Shown: positions 1 through 14,700 of the stretch, piece by piece | Numbering within the stretch: position 1 is the first letter of the stretch | How the letters are laid out: every line of letters begins with the position of its first letter | Assembly: GCA_009914755.4 (NCBI GenBank) | Contig: CP086569.2 | Span: 12,064,001 to 12,128,000, forward strand | Source: the human T2T-CHM13v2.0 reference genome, Homo sapiens | Length of the DNA stretch: 64,000 nt | Direction: 5' to 3' | The notes under the pieces: model-generated | Databases searched by the model: none | What the model saw: only the letters and a program-made list of their open reading frames with translations | Told to the model about the DNA's origin: nothing | Position numbers and translations under genes: made by a program

Positions 1-199
1 ATGGATTGGAGTCGAACAGAATGGAATGGAATGGAATGAACTCGACTGGAGTAGAGAGGAATGAAAAGGAATAGAATGGAATGTAATCAAATGGATTGCA
101 AGTGAATGGAATCAAAAATAATAGAAAGGAATGGACTGTAAAGGGATGATATTGAATTAAATGGAATGGAATGGAATTTAATGGAATGGAGTCGAAGGA
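1..199 (+). repeat. 3' part of an HOR copy that is cut off by the window start
   Basis: Bases 1 to 199 match bases 1374 to 1572 of the next copy almost base for base (atggattggagtcgaacagaatgg...). Confidence 0.85.
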
Positions 200-1572
200 A
201 TGGACAGGAATGTAATGGACTCCAATGGAATGGAATGGATCAAAATGGATTTGAACAGATTGGAATCGAACGGAATGGAATGTAATGAAATGGAATGGAC
301 TCGATCAGAACGGACTGGAGAGGAATGTACACAAATGGAATGGAAACGAAAGGAATGGAATGAAATGGAATGGAATGCAATGGAATTGAAAGGAACGGAA
401 TCAAATGGAATGGAATGGAATGGAATGGATTGGAATAGAATGGATTCAAATAAAATAGAATCGATTGCAATGGTATTGAATGGAAGGGACTTGAATGGAA
501 TGGAAAGCAATGGAAGATATTGGAATCGAATGGCATCGAATGAAATGGAATGGAACGGAATGGAACGGACCCGAATGGAATGGAATGGACTCAAATGTAA
601 TGGACTCGAATGGAATCGACTGAAATATAATAGACTCGAAAGGAATGGCCTCGAGCGGAATTTATTTGAATAGAATGGAATAAAATGGAGTACAATCGTA
701 TGGAATGGAATCGATTGGAATGGAATCGAATGGAATGTAATCAAATGGAATGGAACGGAATTCAATATAATGGAGTAGAATGGAATGCATTGGAAAGGAG
801 CAGAGTGGAATCGAGTGGATTGGAATCGAGTGGAATGGAATCAAAGGGAACGAAATCGAATTGAATGGACTTGAATGGAATTGAGTCGAAAGGAATTGAC
901 TCGAAAGGAATGGACTGGAACAAAAAGGAATCAAATGGACAGGAATGGAATGGAATGGACTCGAATGGAATGGTGTCAAATGCAAACGCATCGAATGGAA
1001 TGGATTCAAATGGAATGCAATTGAATGGAACAGAAAGGAAGAGAATGGAATTGAGAGTAATGGAAAGATATCGTTTGGAATGAAATGGAATGGAAAGGAA
1101 TTGAATGGAAAGGAATGGACTCGAAAGAAATGGATTGGAATGGAATGGTCTCCAATGGAATGGACTGGAGTGGAATGCAATCGAATGGAAAGAAAAGAAT
1201 GGAACGGAATGGAACGGAAAGGAATAGAATGTTATGGAATCCGATTGGACAGAATGGAATGGAATGCAGTTTCATGAAATGGAGTCGAATAGAGTGGCAT
1301 CAAAAGGAATGGAATGGAGTGGACTCAAAAGGAATGGACTCGAAAGGAATGGAGTCGAACCAAATTGAATCAAATGGATTGGAGTCGAACAGAATGGAAT
1401 GGAATGGAATGAACTCGACTGGAGTAGAGAGGAATGAAAAGGAATAGAATGGAATGTAATCAAATGGATTGCAAGTGAATGGAATCAAAAATAATAGAAA
1501 GGAATGGAGTGTAAAGGGATGATATTGAATTAAATGGAATGGAATGGAATTTAATGGAATGGAGTCGAAGGA

Positions 1573-2945
1573 ATGGACAGGAATGTAATGGACTCCAATG
1601 GAATGGAATGGATCAAAATGGATTTGAACAGATTGGAATCGAACGGAATGGAATGCAATGAAATGGAATGGACTCGATCAGAACGGACTGGAGAGGAATG
1701 TACACAAATGGAATGGAAACGAAAGGAATGGAAAGAAATGGAATGGAATGCAATGGAATTGAAAGGAACGGAATCAAATGGAATGGAATGGAATGGAATG
1801 GATTGGAATAGAATGGATTCAAATAAAATAGAATCGATTGCAATGGTATTGAATGGAAGGGACTTGAATGGAATGGAAAGCAATGGAAGATATTGGAATC
1901 GAATGGCATCGAATGAAATGGAATGGAACGGAATGGAACGGACCCGAATGGAATGGAATGGACTCAAATGTAATGGACTCGAATGGAATCGACTGAAATA
2001 TAATAGACTCGAAAGGAATGGCCTCGAGCGGAATTTATTTGAATAGAATGGAATCAAATGGAATACAATGGTATAGAATGGAATCGAATGGAATGGAATC
2101 GAATGGAATGTAATCAAATGGAATGGAACGGAATTCAATATAATGGAGTAGAATGGAATGCATTGGAAAGGAGCAGAGTGGAATCGAGTGGATTGGAATC
2201 GAGTGGAATGGAATCAAAGGGAACAAAATCGAATTGAATGGACTTGAATGGAATTGAGTCGAAAGGAATTGACTGGAAAGGAATGGACTGGAACAAAAAG
2301 GAATCAAATGGACAGGAATGGAATGGAATGGACTCGAATGGAATGGAGTCAAATGCAAACGCATCGAATGGAATGGATTCAAATGGAATGCAATTGAATG
2401 GAATAGAAAGGAAGAGAATGGAATTGAGAGTAATGGAAAGATATCGATTGGAATGAAATGGAATGGAAAGGAATTGAATGGAAAGGAATGGACTCGAAAG
2501 AAATGGATTGGAATGGAATGGTCTCCAATGGAATGGACTGGAGTGGAATGCAATCGAATGGAAAGAAAAGAATGGAACGGAATGGAACGGAAAGGAATAG
2601 AATGTTATGGAATCCGATTGAACAGAATGGAATGGAATGCAGTTTCATGAAATGGAGTCGAATATAGTGGCATCAAAAGGAATGGAATGGAGTGGACTCA
2701 AAAGGAATGGACTCGAAAGGAATGGAGTCGAACCAAATTGAATCAAATGGATTGGAGTCGAACAGAATGGAATGGAATGGAATGAACTCGACTGGACTAG
2801 AGAGGAATGAAAAGGAATAGAATGGAATGTAATCAAATGGATTGCAAGTGAATGGAATCAAAAATAATAGAAAGGAATGGAGTGTAAAGGGATGATATTG
2901 AATTAAATGGAATGGAATGGAATTTAATGGAATGGAGTCGAAGGA
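1573..2945 (+). repeat. Representative canonical HOR copy, 1373 bp
   Basis: It runs from landmark to landmark. It carries one EcoRI-type site (ggaacggaattcaatataatgg), one XhoI-type site (ggcctcgagcggaatttatttgaatag), one gatatcgattgg site (EcoRV and ClaI) and a 4-unit pure ggaat microtract. I hand-counted about 39 CpG dinucleotides in this copy. Confidence 0.85.
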
Positions 2946-4318
2946 ATGGACAGGAATGTAATGGACTCCAATGGAATGGAATGGATCAAAATGGATTTGA
3001 ACAGATTGGAATGGAACGGAATGGAATGCAATGAAATGGAACGGACTCGATCAGAACGGACTGGAGAGGAATGTACACAAATGGAATGGAAACGAAAGGA
3101 ATGGAATGAAATGGAATGGAATGCAATTGAATTGAAAGGAACGGAATCAAATGGAATGGAATGGAATGGAATGGATTGGAATAGAATGGATTCAAATAAA
3201 ATAGAATCGATTGCAATGGTATTGAATGGAAGGGACTGGAATGGAATGGAAAGCAATGGAAGATATTGGAATCGAATGGCATCGAATGAAATGGAATGGA
3301 ACGGAATGGAACAGACCCGAATGGAATGGAATGGACTCAAATGTAATGGACTCGAATGGAATCGACTGAAATATAATAGACTCGAAAGGAATGGCCTCGA
3401 GCGGAATTTATTTGAATAGAATGGAATCAAATGGAATACAATCGTATGGAATGGAATCGAATGGAATGGAATCGAATGGAATGTAATCAAATGGAATGGA
3501 ACGGAATTCAATATAATGGAGTAGAATGGAATGCATTGGAAAGGAGCAGAGTGGAATCGAGTGGATTGGAATCGAGTGGAATGGAATCAAAGGGAACGAA
3601 ATCGAATTGAATGGACTTGAATGGAATTGAGTCGAAAGGAATTGACTCGAAAGGAATGGACTGGAACAAAAAGGAATCAAATGGACAGGAATGGAATGGA
3701 AGGGACTCGAATGGAATGGAGTCAAAAGCAAACGCATCGAATGGAATGCATTCAAATGGAATGCAATTGAATGGAATAGAAAGGAAGAGAATGGAATTGA
3801 GAGTAATGGAAAGATATCGATTGGAATGAAATGGAATGGAAAGGAATTGAATGGAAAGGAATGGACTCGAAAGAAATGGATTGGAATGGAATGGTCTCCA
3901 ATGGAATGGACTGGAGTGGAATGGAATCGAAAGGAAAGAAAAGAATGGAACGGAATGGAACGGAAAGGAATAGAATGTTATGGAATCCGATTGGACAGAA
4001 TGGAATGGAATGCAGTTTCATGAAATGGAGTCGAATAGAGTGGCATCAAAAGGAATGGAATGGAGTGGACTCAAAAGGAATGGACTCGAAAGGAATGGAG
4101 TCGAACCAAATTGAATCAAATGGATTGGAGTCGAACAGAATGGAATGGAATGGAATGAACTCGACTGGAGTAGAGAGGAATGAAAAGGAATAGAATGGAA
4201 TGTAATCAAATGGATTGCAAGTGAATGGAATCAAAAATAATAGAAAGGAATGGAGTGTAAAGGGATGATATTGAATTAAATGGAATGGAATGGAATTTAA
4301 TGGAATGGAGTCGAAGGA

Positions 4319-5721
4319 ATGGACAGGAATGTAATGGACTCCAATGGAATGGAATGGATCAAAATGGATTTGAACAGATTGGAATCGAACGGAATGGAAT
4401 GCAATGAAATGGAACGGACTCGATCAGAACGGACTGGAGAGGAATGTACACAAATGGAATGGAAACGAAAGGAATGGAATGAAATGGAATGGAATGCAAT
4501 GGAATTGAAAGGAACAGAATCAAATGGAATGGAATGGAATGGAATGGATTGGAATAGAATGGATTCAAATAAAATAGAATCGATTGCAATGGTATTGAAT
4601 GGAAGGGACTTGAATGGAATGGAAAGCAATGGAAGATATTGGAATCGAATGGCATCGAATGAAATGGAATGGAACGGAATGGAACGGACCCGAATGGAAT
4701 CGAATGGACTCAAATGTAATGGACTCGAATGGAATCGACTGAAATATAATAGACTCGAAAGGAATGGCCTCGAGCGAAATTTATTTGAATAGAATGGAAT
4801 CAAATGGAATACAATAGTATGGAATGGAATCGAATGGAATGGAATCGAATGGAATGTAATCAAATGGAATGGAACGGAATTCAATATAATGGAGTAGAAT
4901 GGAATGCATTGGAAAGGAGCAGAGTGGAATCGAGTGGATTGGAATCGAGTGGAATGGAATCAAAGGGAACGAAATCGAATTGAATGGACTTGAATGGAAT
5001 TGAGTCGAAAGGAATTGACTCGAAAGGAATGGACTGGAACAAAAAGGAATCAAATGGACAGGAATGGAATGGAAGGGACTCGAATGGAATGGAGTCAAAT
5101 GCAAACGCATCGAATGGAATGGAGTCAAATGCAAACGCATCGAATGGAATGGATTCAAATGGAATGCAATTGAATGGAATAGAAAGGAAGAGAATGGAAT
5201 TGAGAGTAATGGAAAGATATCGATTGGAATGAAATGGAATGGAAAGGAATTGAATGGAAAGGAATGGACTCGAAAGAAATGGATTGGAATGGAATGGTCT
5301 CCAATGGAATGGACTGGAGTGGAATGGAATCGAATGGAAAGAAAAGAATGGAACGGAATGGAACGGAAAGGAATAGAATGTTATGGAATCCGATTGGACA
5401 GAATGGAATGGAATGCAGTTTCATGAAATGGAGTCGAATAGAGTGGCATCAAAAGGAATGGAATGGAGTGGACTCAAAAGGAATGGACTCGAAAGGAATG
5501 GAGTCGAACCAAATTGAATCAAATGGATTGGAGTCGAACAGAATGGAATGGAATGGAATGAACTCGACTGGAGTAGAGAGGAATGAAAAGGAATAGAATG
5601 GATTGTAATCAAATGGATTGCAAGTGAATGGAATCAAAAATAATAGAAAGGAATGGAGTGTAAAGGGATGATATTGAATTAAATGGAATGGAATGGAATT
5701 TAATGGAATGGAGTAGAAGGA
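4319..5721 (+). repeat. HOR copy lengthened to 1403 bp by an internal 30-bp tandem duplication
   Basis: The landmark spacing is 1403 bp, not 1373. The extra 30 bp is a perfect duplication at 5086 to 5145. Confidence 0.85.
5086..5145 (+). repeat. Perfect 30-bp tandem duplication (2 x ggaatggagtcaaatgcaaacgcatcgaat) inside one HOR copy
   Basis: The two adjacent 30-mers (5086-5115 and 5116-5145) are identical. Every other HOR copy has this 30-mer once. The artefact ORF at 4984 to 5232 is 82 aa here and 72 aa elsewhere. Confidence 0.9.
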
Positions 5722-8700
5722 ATGGACAGGAATGTAATGGACTCCTATGGAATAGAATGGATCAAAATGGATTTGAACAGATTGGAATCGAAAGGAATGG
5801 AATGCAATGAAATGGAATGGACTCGATCAGAACGGATTGGAGAGTAATGTACACAAATGGAATGGAAACGAAAGGAATGCAATGAAAAGGAATGGAATGC
5901 AATGGAATTGAAAGGAACGGAATCAAATGGAATGGAATGGAATGGAATGGATTGGAATAGAATGGATTCAAATGAAATAGAATCGATTGCAATGGTATTG
6001 AATGGAAGGGACTTGAATGGAATGGAAAGGAATGGAAGATATTGGAATTGAATGGCATCGAATGAAATGGAATGGAACGGAATGGAACGGACCCGAAAGG
6101 TATGGAATGGAATCAAATGTAATGGACTCGAATGGAATCGACTGAAATATAATACACTCGAAAGGAATGGCCTCGAGCGGAATTTATTTGAATAGAATGG
6201 AATCAAATGGAATACAATAGTATAGAATGGAATCGAATGGAATGGAATCGAATGGAATGTAATCAAATGGAGTGGAACGGAATTCAATATAATGGAGTAG
6301 AATGGAATGCATTGGAAAGGAGCAGAGTGGAATCGAGTGGATTGGAATCGAGTGGAATGGAATCAAAGGGAACGAAATCGAATTGAATGTACTTGAATGG
6401 AATTGAGTCGAAAGGAATTGACTCGAAAGGAATGGACTGGAATAAAAAGGAATCAAATGGACAGGAATGGAATGGAATGGACTCGAATGGAATGGAGTCA
6501 AATGCAAACGCATCGAATGGAATGGATTCAAATGGAATGCAATTGAATGGAATAGAAAGGAAGAGAATGGAATTGAGAGTAATGGAAAGATATCGATTGG
6601 AATGAAATGGAATGGAAAGGAATTGAATGGAAAGGAATGGACTCGAAAGAAATGGATTGGAATGGAATGGTCTCCAATGGAATGGACTGGAGTGGAATGC
6701 AATCGAATGGAAAGAAAAGAATGGAACGGAATGGAACGGAAAGGAATAGAATGTTATGGAATCCGATTGAACAGAATGGAATGGAATGCAGTTTCATGAA
6801 ATGGAGTCGAATATAGTGGCATCAAAAGGAATGGAATGGAGTGGACTCAAAAGGAATGGACTCGAAAGGAATGGAGTCGAACCAAATTGAATCAAATGGA
6901 TTGGAGTCGAACAGAATGGAATGGAATGGAATGAACTCGACTGGAGTAGAGAGGAATGAAAAGGAATAGAATGGAATGTAATCAAATGGATTGCAAGTGA
7001 ATGGAATCAAAAATAATAGAAAGGAATGGAGTGTAAAGGGATGATATTGAATTAAATGGAATGGAATGGAATTTAATGGAATGGAGTCGAAGGAATGGAC
7101 AGGAATGTAATGGACTCAAATGGAATGGAATGGATCAAAATGGATTTGAACAGATTGGAATCGAACGGAATGGAATGCAATGAAATGGAATGGACTCGAT
7201 CAGAATGGACTGGAGAGGAATGTACACAAATGGAATGGAAACGAAAGGAATGGAATGAAATGGAATGGAATGCAATGGAATTGAAAGGAACGGAATCAAA
7301 TGGAATGGAATGGAATGGAATGGATTGGAATAGAATGGATTCAAATAAAATAGAATCGATTGCAATGGTATTGAATGGAAGGGACTTGAATGGAATGGAA
7401 AGCAATGGAAGATATTGGAATCGAATGGCATCGAATGAAATGGAATGCAACGGAATGGAACGGACCCGAATGGAATGGAATGGACTCAAATGTAATGGAC
7501 TCGAATGGAATCGACTGAAATATAATAGACTCGAAAGGAATGGCCTCGAGCGGAATTTATTTGAATAGAATGGAATCAAATGGAATACAATAGTATAGAA
7601 TGGAATCGAATGGAATGGAATCGAATGGAATGTAATCAAATGGAATGGAACGGAATTCAATATAATGGAGTAGAATGGAATGCATTGGAAAGGAGCAGAG
7701 TGGAATCGAGTGGATTGGAATCGAGTGGAATGGAATCAAAGGGAACGAAATCGAATTGAATGGACTTGAATGGAATTGAGTCGAAAGGAATTGACTGGAA
7801 AGGAATGGACTGGAACAAAAAGGAATCAAATGGACAGGAATGGAATGGAATGGACTCGAATGGAATGGAGTCAAATGCAAACGCATCGAATGGAATGGAT
7901 TCAAATGGAATGCAATTGAATGGAATAGAAAGTAAGAGAATGGAATTGAGATTAATGGAAAGATATCGATTGGAATGAAATGGAATGGAAAGGAATTGAA
8001 TGGAAAGGAATGGACTCGAAAGAAATGGATTGGAATGGAATGGTCTCCAATGGAATGGACTGGAGTGGAATGCAATCGAATGGAAAGAAAAGAATAGAAC
8101 GGAATGGAATGGAAAGGAATAGAATGTTATGGAATCCGATTGAACAGAATGGAATGGAATGCAGTTTCATGAAATGGAGTCGAATAGAGTGGCATGAAAA
8201 GGAATGGAATGGAGTGGACTCAAAAGGAATGGACTCGAAAGGAATGGAGTCGAACCAAATTGAATCAAATGGATTGGAGTCGAACAGAATGGAATGGAAT
8301 GGAATGAACTCGACTGGAGTAGAGAGGAATGAAAAGGAATAGAATGGAATGTAATCAAATGGATTGCAAGTGAATGGAATCAAAAATAATAGAAAGGAAT
8401 GGAGTGTAAAGGGATGATATTGAATTAAATGGAATGGAATGGAATTTAATGGAATGGAGTCGAAGGAATGGACAGGAATGTAATGGACTCCAATGGAATG
8501 GAATGGATCAAAATGGATTTGAACAGATTGGAATCGAACGGAATGGAATGCAATGAAATGGAATAGACTCGATCAGAACGGACTGGAGAGGAATGTACAC
8601 AAATGGAATGGAAACGAAAGGAATGGAATGAAATGGAATGGAATGCAATGGAATTGAAAGGAACGGAATCAAATGGAATGGAATGGAATGGAATGGATTG

Positions 8701-11700
8701 GAATAGAATGGATTCAAATAAAATAGAATCGATTGCAATGGTATTGAATGGAAGGGACTTGAATGGAATGGAAAGCAATGGAAGATATTGGAATCGAATG
8801 GCATCGAATGAAATGGAATGGAACGGAATGGAACGGACCCGAATGGAATGGAATGGACTCAAATGTAATGGACTCGAATGGAATCGACTGAAATATAATA
8901 GACTCGAAAGGAATGGCCTCGAGCGGAATTTATTTGAATAGAATGGAATCAAATGGAATACAATGGTATAGAATGGAATCGAATGGAATGGAATCGAATG
9001 GAATGTAATCAAATGGAATGGAACGGAATTCAATATAATGGAATAGAATGGAATGCATTGGAAAGGAGCAGAGTGGAATCGAGTGGATTGGAATCGAGTG
9101 GAATGGAATCAAAGGGAACGAAATCGAATTGAATGGACTTGAATGGAATTGAGTCGAAAGGAATTGACTGGAAAGGAATGGACTGGAACAAAAAGGAATC
9201 AAATGGACAGGAATGGAATGGAATGGACTCGAATGGAATGGAGTCAAATGCAAACGCATCGAATGGAATGGATTCAAATGGAATGCAATTGAATGGAATA
9301 GAAAGGAAGAGAATGGAATTGAGAGTAATGGAAAGATATCGATTGGAATGAAATGGAATGGAAAGGAATTGAATGGAAAGGAATGGACTCGAAAGAAATG
9401 GATTGGAATGGAATGGTCTCCAATGGAATGGACTGGAGTAGAATGCAATCGAATGGAAAGAAAAGAATGGAACGGAATGGAACGGAAAGGAATAGAATGT
9501 TATGGAATCCGATTGGAGAGAATGGAATGGAAGCAGTTTCATGAAATGGAGTCGAATAGAGTGACATCAAAAGGAATGGAATGGAGTGGACTCAAAAGGA
9601 ATGGACTCGAAAGGAATGGAGTCGAACCAAATTGAATCAAATGGATTGGAGTCGAACAGAATGGAATGGAATGGAATGAACTCGACTGGAGTAGAGAGGA
9701 ATGAAAAGGAATAGAATGGAATGTAATCAAATGGATTGCAAGTGAATGGAATCAAAAATAATAGAAAGGAATGGAGTGTAAAGGGATGATATTGAATTAA
9801 ATGGAATGGAATGGAATTTAATGGAATGGAGTCGAAGGAATGGACAGGAATGTAATGGATTCCAATGGAATGGAATGGATCAAAATGGATTTGATCAGAT
9901 TGGAATCGAACGGAATGGAATGCAATGAAATGGAATGGACTCGATCAGAATGGACTGGAGAGGAATGTACACAAATGGAATGGAAACGAATGGAATGGAA
10001 TGAAATGGAATGGAATGCGATGGAATTGAAAGGAACGGAATCAAATGGAACGGAATGGAATGGAATGGAATGGATTGGAATAGAATGGATTCAAATAAAA
10101 TAGAATCGATTACAATGGTATTGAATGGAAGGGACTTGAATGGAATGGAAAGCAATGGAAGATATTGGAATCGAATCGCATCGAATGAAATGGAATGGAA
10201 CGGAATGGAACGGACTGGAATGGAATGGAATGGACTCAAATGTAATGGACTCGAATGGAATCGACTGAAATATAATAGACTCGAAAGGAATGGCCTCGAG
10301 CGGAATTTATTTGAATAGAATGGAATCAAATGGAATACAATAGTATGGAATGGAATCGAATGGAATGGAATCGAATGGAATGTAATCAAATGGAATGGAA
10401 CGGAATTCAATATAATGGAGTAGAATGGAATGCATTGGAAAGGAGCAGAGTGGAATCGAGTGGATTGGAATCGAGTGGAATGGAATCAAAGGGAACGAAA
10501 TCGAATTGAATGGACTTGAATGGAATTGAGTCGAAAGGAATTGACTCAAAAGGAATGGACTGGAACAAAAAGGAATCAAATGGACAGGAATGGAATGGAA
10601 TGGACTCGAATGGAATGGAGTCAAATGCAAACGCATCGAATGGAATGGATTCAAATGGAATGCAATTGAATGGAATAGAAAGGAAGAGAATGGAATTGAG
10701 AGTAATGGAAAGATATCGATTGGAATGAAATGGAATGGAAAGGAATTGAATGGAAAGGAATGGACTCGAAAGAAATGGATTGGAATGGAATGGTCTCCAA
10801 TGGAATGGACTGTAGTGGAATGGAATCGAATGGAAAGAAAAGAATGGAACGGAATGGAACGGAAAGGAATAGAATGTTATGGAATCCGATTGGACAGAAT
10901 GGAATGGAATGCAGTTTCATGAAATGGAGTCGAATAGAGTGGCATCAAAAGGAATGGAATGGAGTGGACTCAAAAGGAATGGACTCGAAAGGAATGGAGT
11001 CGAACCAAATTGAATCAAATGGATTGGAGTCGAACAGAATGGAATGGAATGGAATGAACTCGACTGGAGTAGAGAGGAATGAAAAGGAATAGAATGGATT
11101 GTAATCAAATGGATTGCAAGTGAATGGAATCAAAAATAATAGAAAGGAATGCAGTGTAAAGGGATGATATTGAATTAAATGGAATGGAATGGAATTTAAT
11201 GGAATGGAGTCGAAGGAATGGACAGGAATGTAATGGACTCCAATGGAATGGAATGGATCAAAATGGATTTGAACAGATTGGAATCGAACGGAATGGAATG
11301 CAATGAAATGGAATGGACTCGATCAGAACGGACAGGAGAGGAATGTACACAAATGGAATGGAAACGAATGGAATGGAATGAAATGGAATGGAATGCGATG
11401 GAATTGAAAGGAACGGAATCAAATGGAACGGAATGGAATGGAATGGAATGGATTGGAATAGAATGGATTCAAATAAAATAGAATCGATTACAATGGTATT
11501 GAATGGAAGGGACTTGAATGGAATGGAAAGCAATGGAAGATATTGGAATCGAATGGCATCGAATGAAATGGAATGGAACGGAATGGAACGGACTGGAATG
11601 GAATGGAATGGACTCAAATGTAATGGACTCGAATGGAATCGACTGAAATATAATAGACTCGAAAGGAATGGCCTCGAGCGGAATTTATTTGAATAGAATG

Positions 11701-14700
11701 GAATCAAATGGAATACAATAGTATGGAATGGAATCGAATGGAATGGAATCGAATGGAATGTAATCAAATGGAATGGAACGGAATTCAATATAATGGAGTA
11801 GAATGGAATGCATTGGAAAGGAGCAGAGTGGAATCGAGTGGATTGGAATCGAGTGGAATGGAATCAAAGGGAACGAAATCGAATTGAATGGACTTGAATG
11901 GAATTGAGTCGAAAGGAATTGACTCGAAAGGAATGGACTGGAACAAAAAGGAATCAAATGGACAGGAATGGAATGGAATGGACTCGAATGGAATGGAGTC
12001 AAATGCAAACGCATCGAATGGAATGGATTTAAATGGAATGCAATTGAATGGAATAGAAAGGAAGAGAATGGAATTGAGAGTAATGGAAAGATATCGATTG
12101 GAATGAAATTGAATGGAAAGGAATTGAATGGAAAGGAATGGACTCGAAAGAAATGGATTGGAATGGAATGGTCTCCAATGGAATGGACTGGAGTGGAATG
12201 CAATCGAATGGAAAGAAAAGAATGGAACGGAATGGAACGGAAAGGAATAGAATGTTATGGAATCCGATTGGACAGAATGGAATGGAATGCAGTTTCATGA
12301 AATGGAGTCGAATAGAGTGGCATGAAAAGGAATGGAATGGAGTGGACTCAAAAGGAATGGACTCGAAAGGAATGGAGTCGTACCAAATTGAATCAAATAG
12401 ATTGGAGTCGAACAGAATGGAATGGAATGGAATGAACTCGACTGGAGTAGAGAGGAATGAAAAGGAATAGAATGGAATGTAATCAAATGGATTGCAAGTG
12501 AATGGAATCAAAAATAATAGAAAGGAATGGAGTGTAAAGGGATGATATTGAATTAAATGGAATGGAATGGAATTTAATGGAATGGAGTCGAAGGAATGGA
12601 CAGGAATGTAATGGACTCCAATGGAATGGAATGGATCAAAATGGATTTGAACAGATTGGAATCGAACGGAATGGAATGCAATGAAATGGAATGGACTCGA
12701 TCAGAACGGACTGGAGAGGAATGTACACAAATGGAATGGAAACGAAAGGAATGGAATGAAATGGAATGGAATGCAATGGAATTGAAAGGAACGGAATCAA
12801 ATGGAATGGAATGGAATGGAATGGATTGGAATAGAATGGATTCAAATAAAATAGAATCGATTGCAATGGTATTGAATGGAAGGGACTGGAATGGAATGGA
12901 AACCAATGGAAGATATTGGAATCGAATGGCATCGAATGAAATGGAATGGAACGGAATGGAACAGACCCGAATGGAATGTAATGGACTCAAATGTAATGGA
13001 CTCGAATGGAATCGACTGAAATATAATAGACTCGAAAGGAATGGCCTCGAGCGGAATTTATTTGAATAGAATGGAATCAAATGGAATACAATGGTAGAGA
13101 ATGGAATCGAATGGAATGGAATCTAATGGAATGTAATCAAATGGAATGGAACGGAATTCAATATAATGGAGTAGAATGGAATGCATTGGAAAGGAGCAGA
13201 GTGGAATCGAGTGGATTGGAATCGAGTGGAATGGAATCAAAGGGAACGAAATCGAATTGAATGGACTTGAATGGAATTGAGTAGAAAGGAATTGACTCGA
13301 AAGGAATGGACTGGAACAAAAAGGAATCAAATGGACAGGAATGGAATGGAATGGACTCGAATGGAATGGAGTCAAATGCAAACGCATCGAATGGAATGGA
13401 TTCAAATGGAATGCAATTGAATGGAATAGAAAGGAAGAGAATGGAATTGAGAGTAATGGAAAGATATCGATTGGAATGAAATGGAATGGAAAGGAATTGA
13501 ATGGAAAGGAATGGACTCGAAAGAAATGGATTGGAATGGAATGGTCTCCAATGGAATGGACTGGAGTGGAATGCAATCGAATGGAAAGAAAAGAATGGAA
13601 CGGAATGGAACGGAAAGGAATAGAATGTTATGGAATCCGATTGAACAGAATGGAATGGAATGCAGTTTCATGAAATGGAGTCGAATAGAGTGGCATCAAA
13701 AGGAATGGAATGGAGTGGACTCAAAAGGAATGGACTCGAAAGGAATGGAGTCGAACCAAATTGAATCAAATGGATTGGAGTCGAACAGAATGGAATGGAA
13801 TGGAATGAACTCGACTGGAGTAGAGAGGAATGAAAAGGAATAGAATGGAATGTAATCAAATGGATTGCAAGTGAATGGAATCAAAAATAATAGAAAGGAA
13901 TGGAGTGTAAAGGGATGATATTGAATTAAATGGAATGGAATGGAATTTAATGGAATGGAGTCGAAGGAATGGACAGGAATGTAATGGACTCCAATGGAAT
14001 GGAATGGATCAAAATGGATTTGAACAGATTGGAATCGAACGGAATGGAATGCAATGAAATGGAATGGACTCGATCAGAACGGACTGGAGAGGAATGTACA
14101 CAAATGGAATGGAAACGAAAGGAATGGAATGAAATGGAATGGAATGCAATGGAATTGAAAGGAACGGAATCAAATGGAATGGAATGGAATGGAATGGATT
14201 GGAATAGAATGGATTCAAATAAAATAGAATCGATTGCAATGGTATTGAATGGAAGGGACTGGAATGGAATGGAAAGCAATGGAAGATATTGGAATCGAAT
14301 GGCATCGAATGAAACGGAATGGAACGGAATGGAACGGACCCGAATGGAATGGAATGGACTCAAATGTAATGGACTCGAATGGAATCGACTGAAATATAAT
14401 AGACTCGAAAGGAATGGCCTCGAGCGGAATTTATTTGAATAGAATGGAATCAAATGGAATACAATGGTATAGAATGGAATCTAATGGAATGGAATCGAAT
14501 GGAATGTAATCAAATGGAATGGAACGGAATTCAATATAATGGAGTAGAATGGAATGCATTGGAAAGGAGCAGAGTGGAATCGAGTGGATTGGAATCGAGT
14601 GGAATGGAATCAAAGGGAACGAAATCGAATTGAATGGACTTGAATGGAATTGAGTCGAAAGGAATTGACTCGAAAGGAATGGACTGGAACAAAAAGGAAT

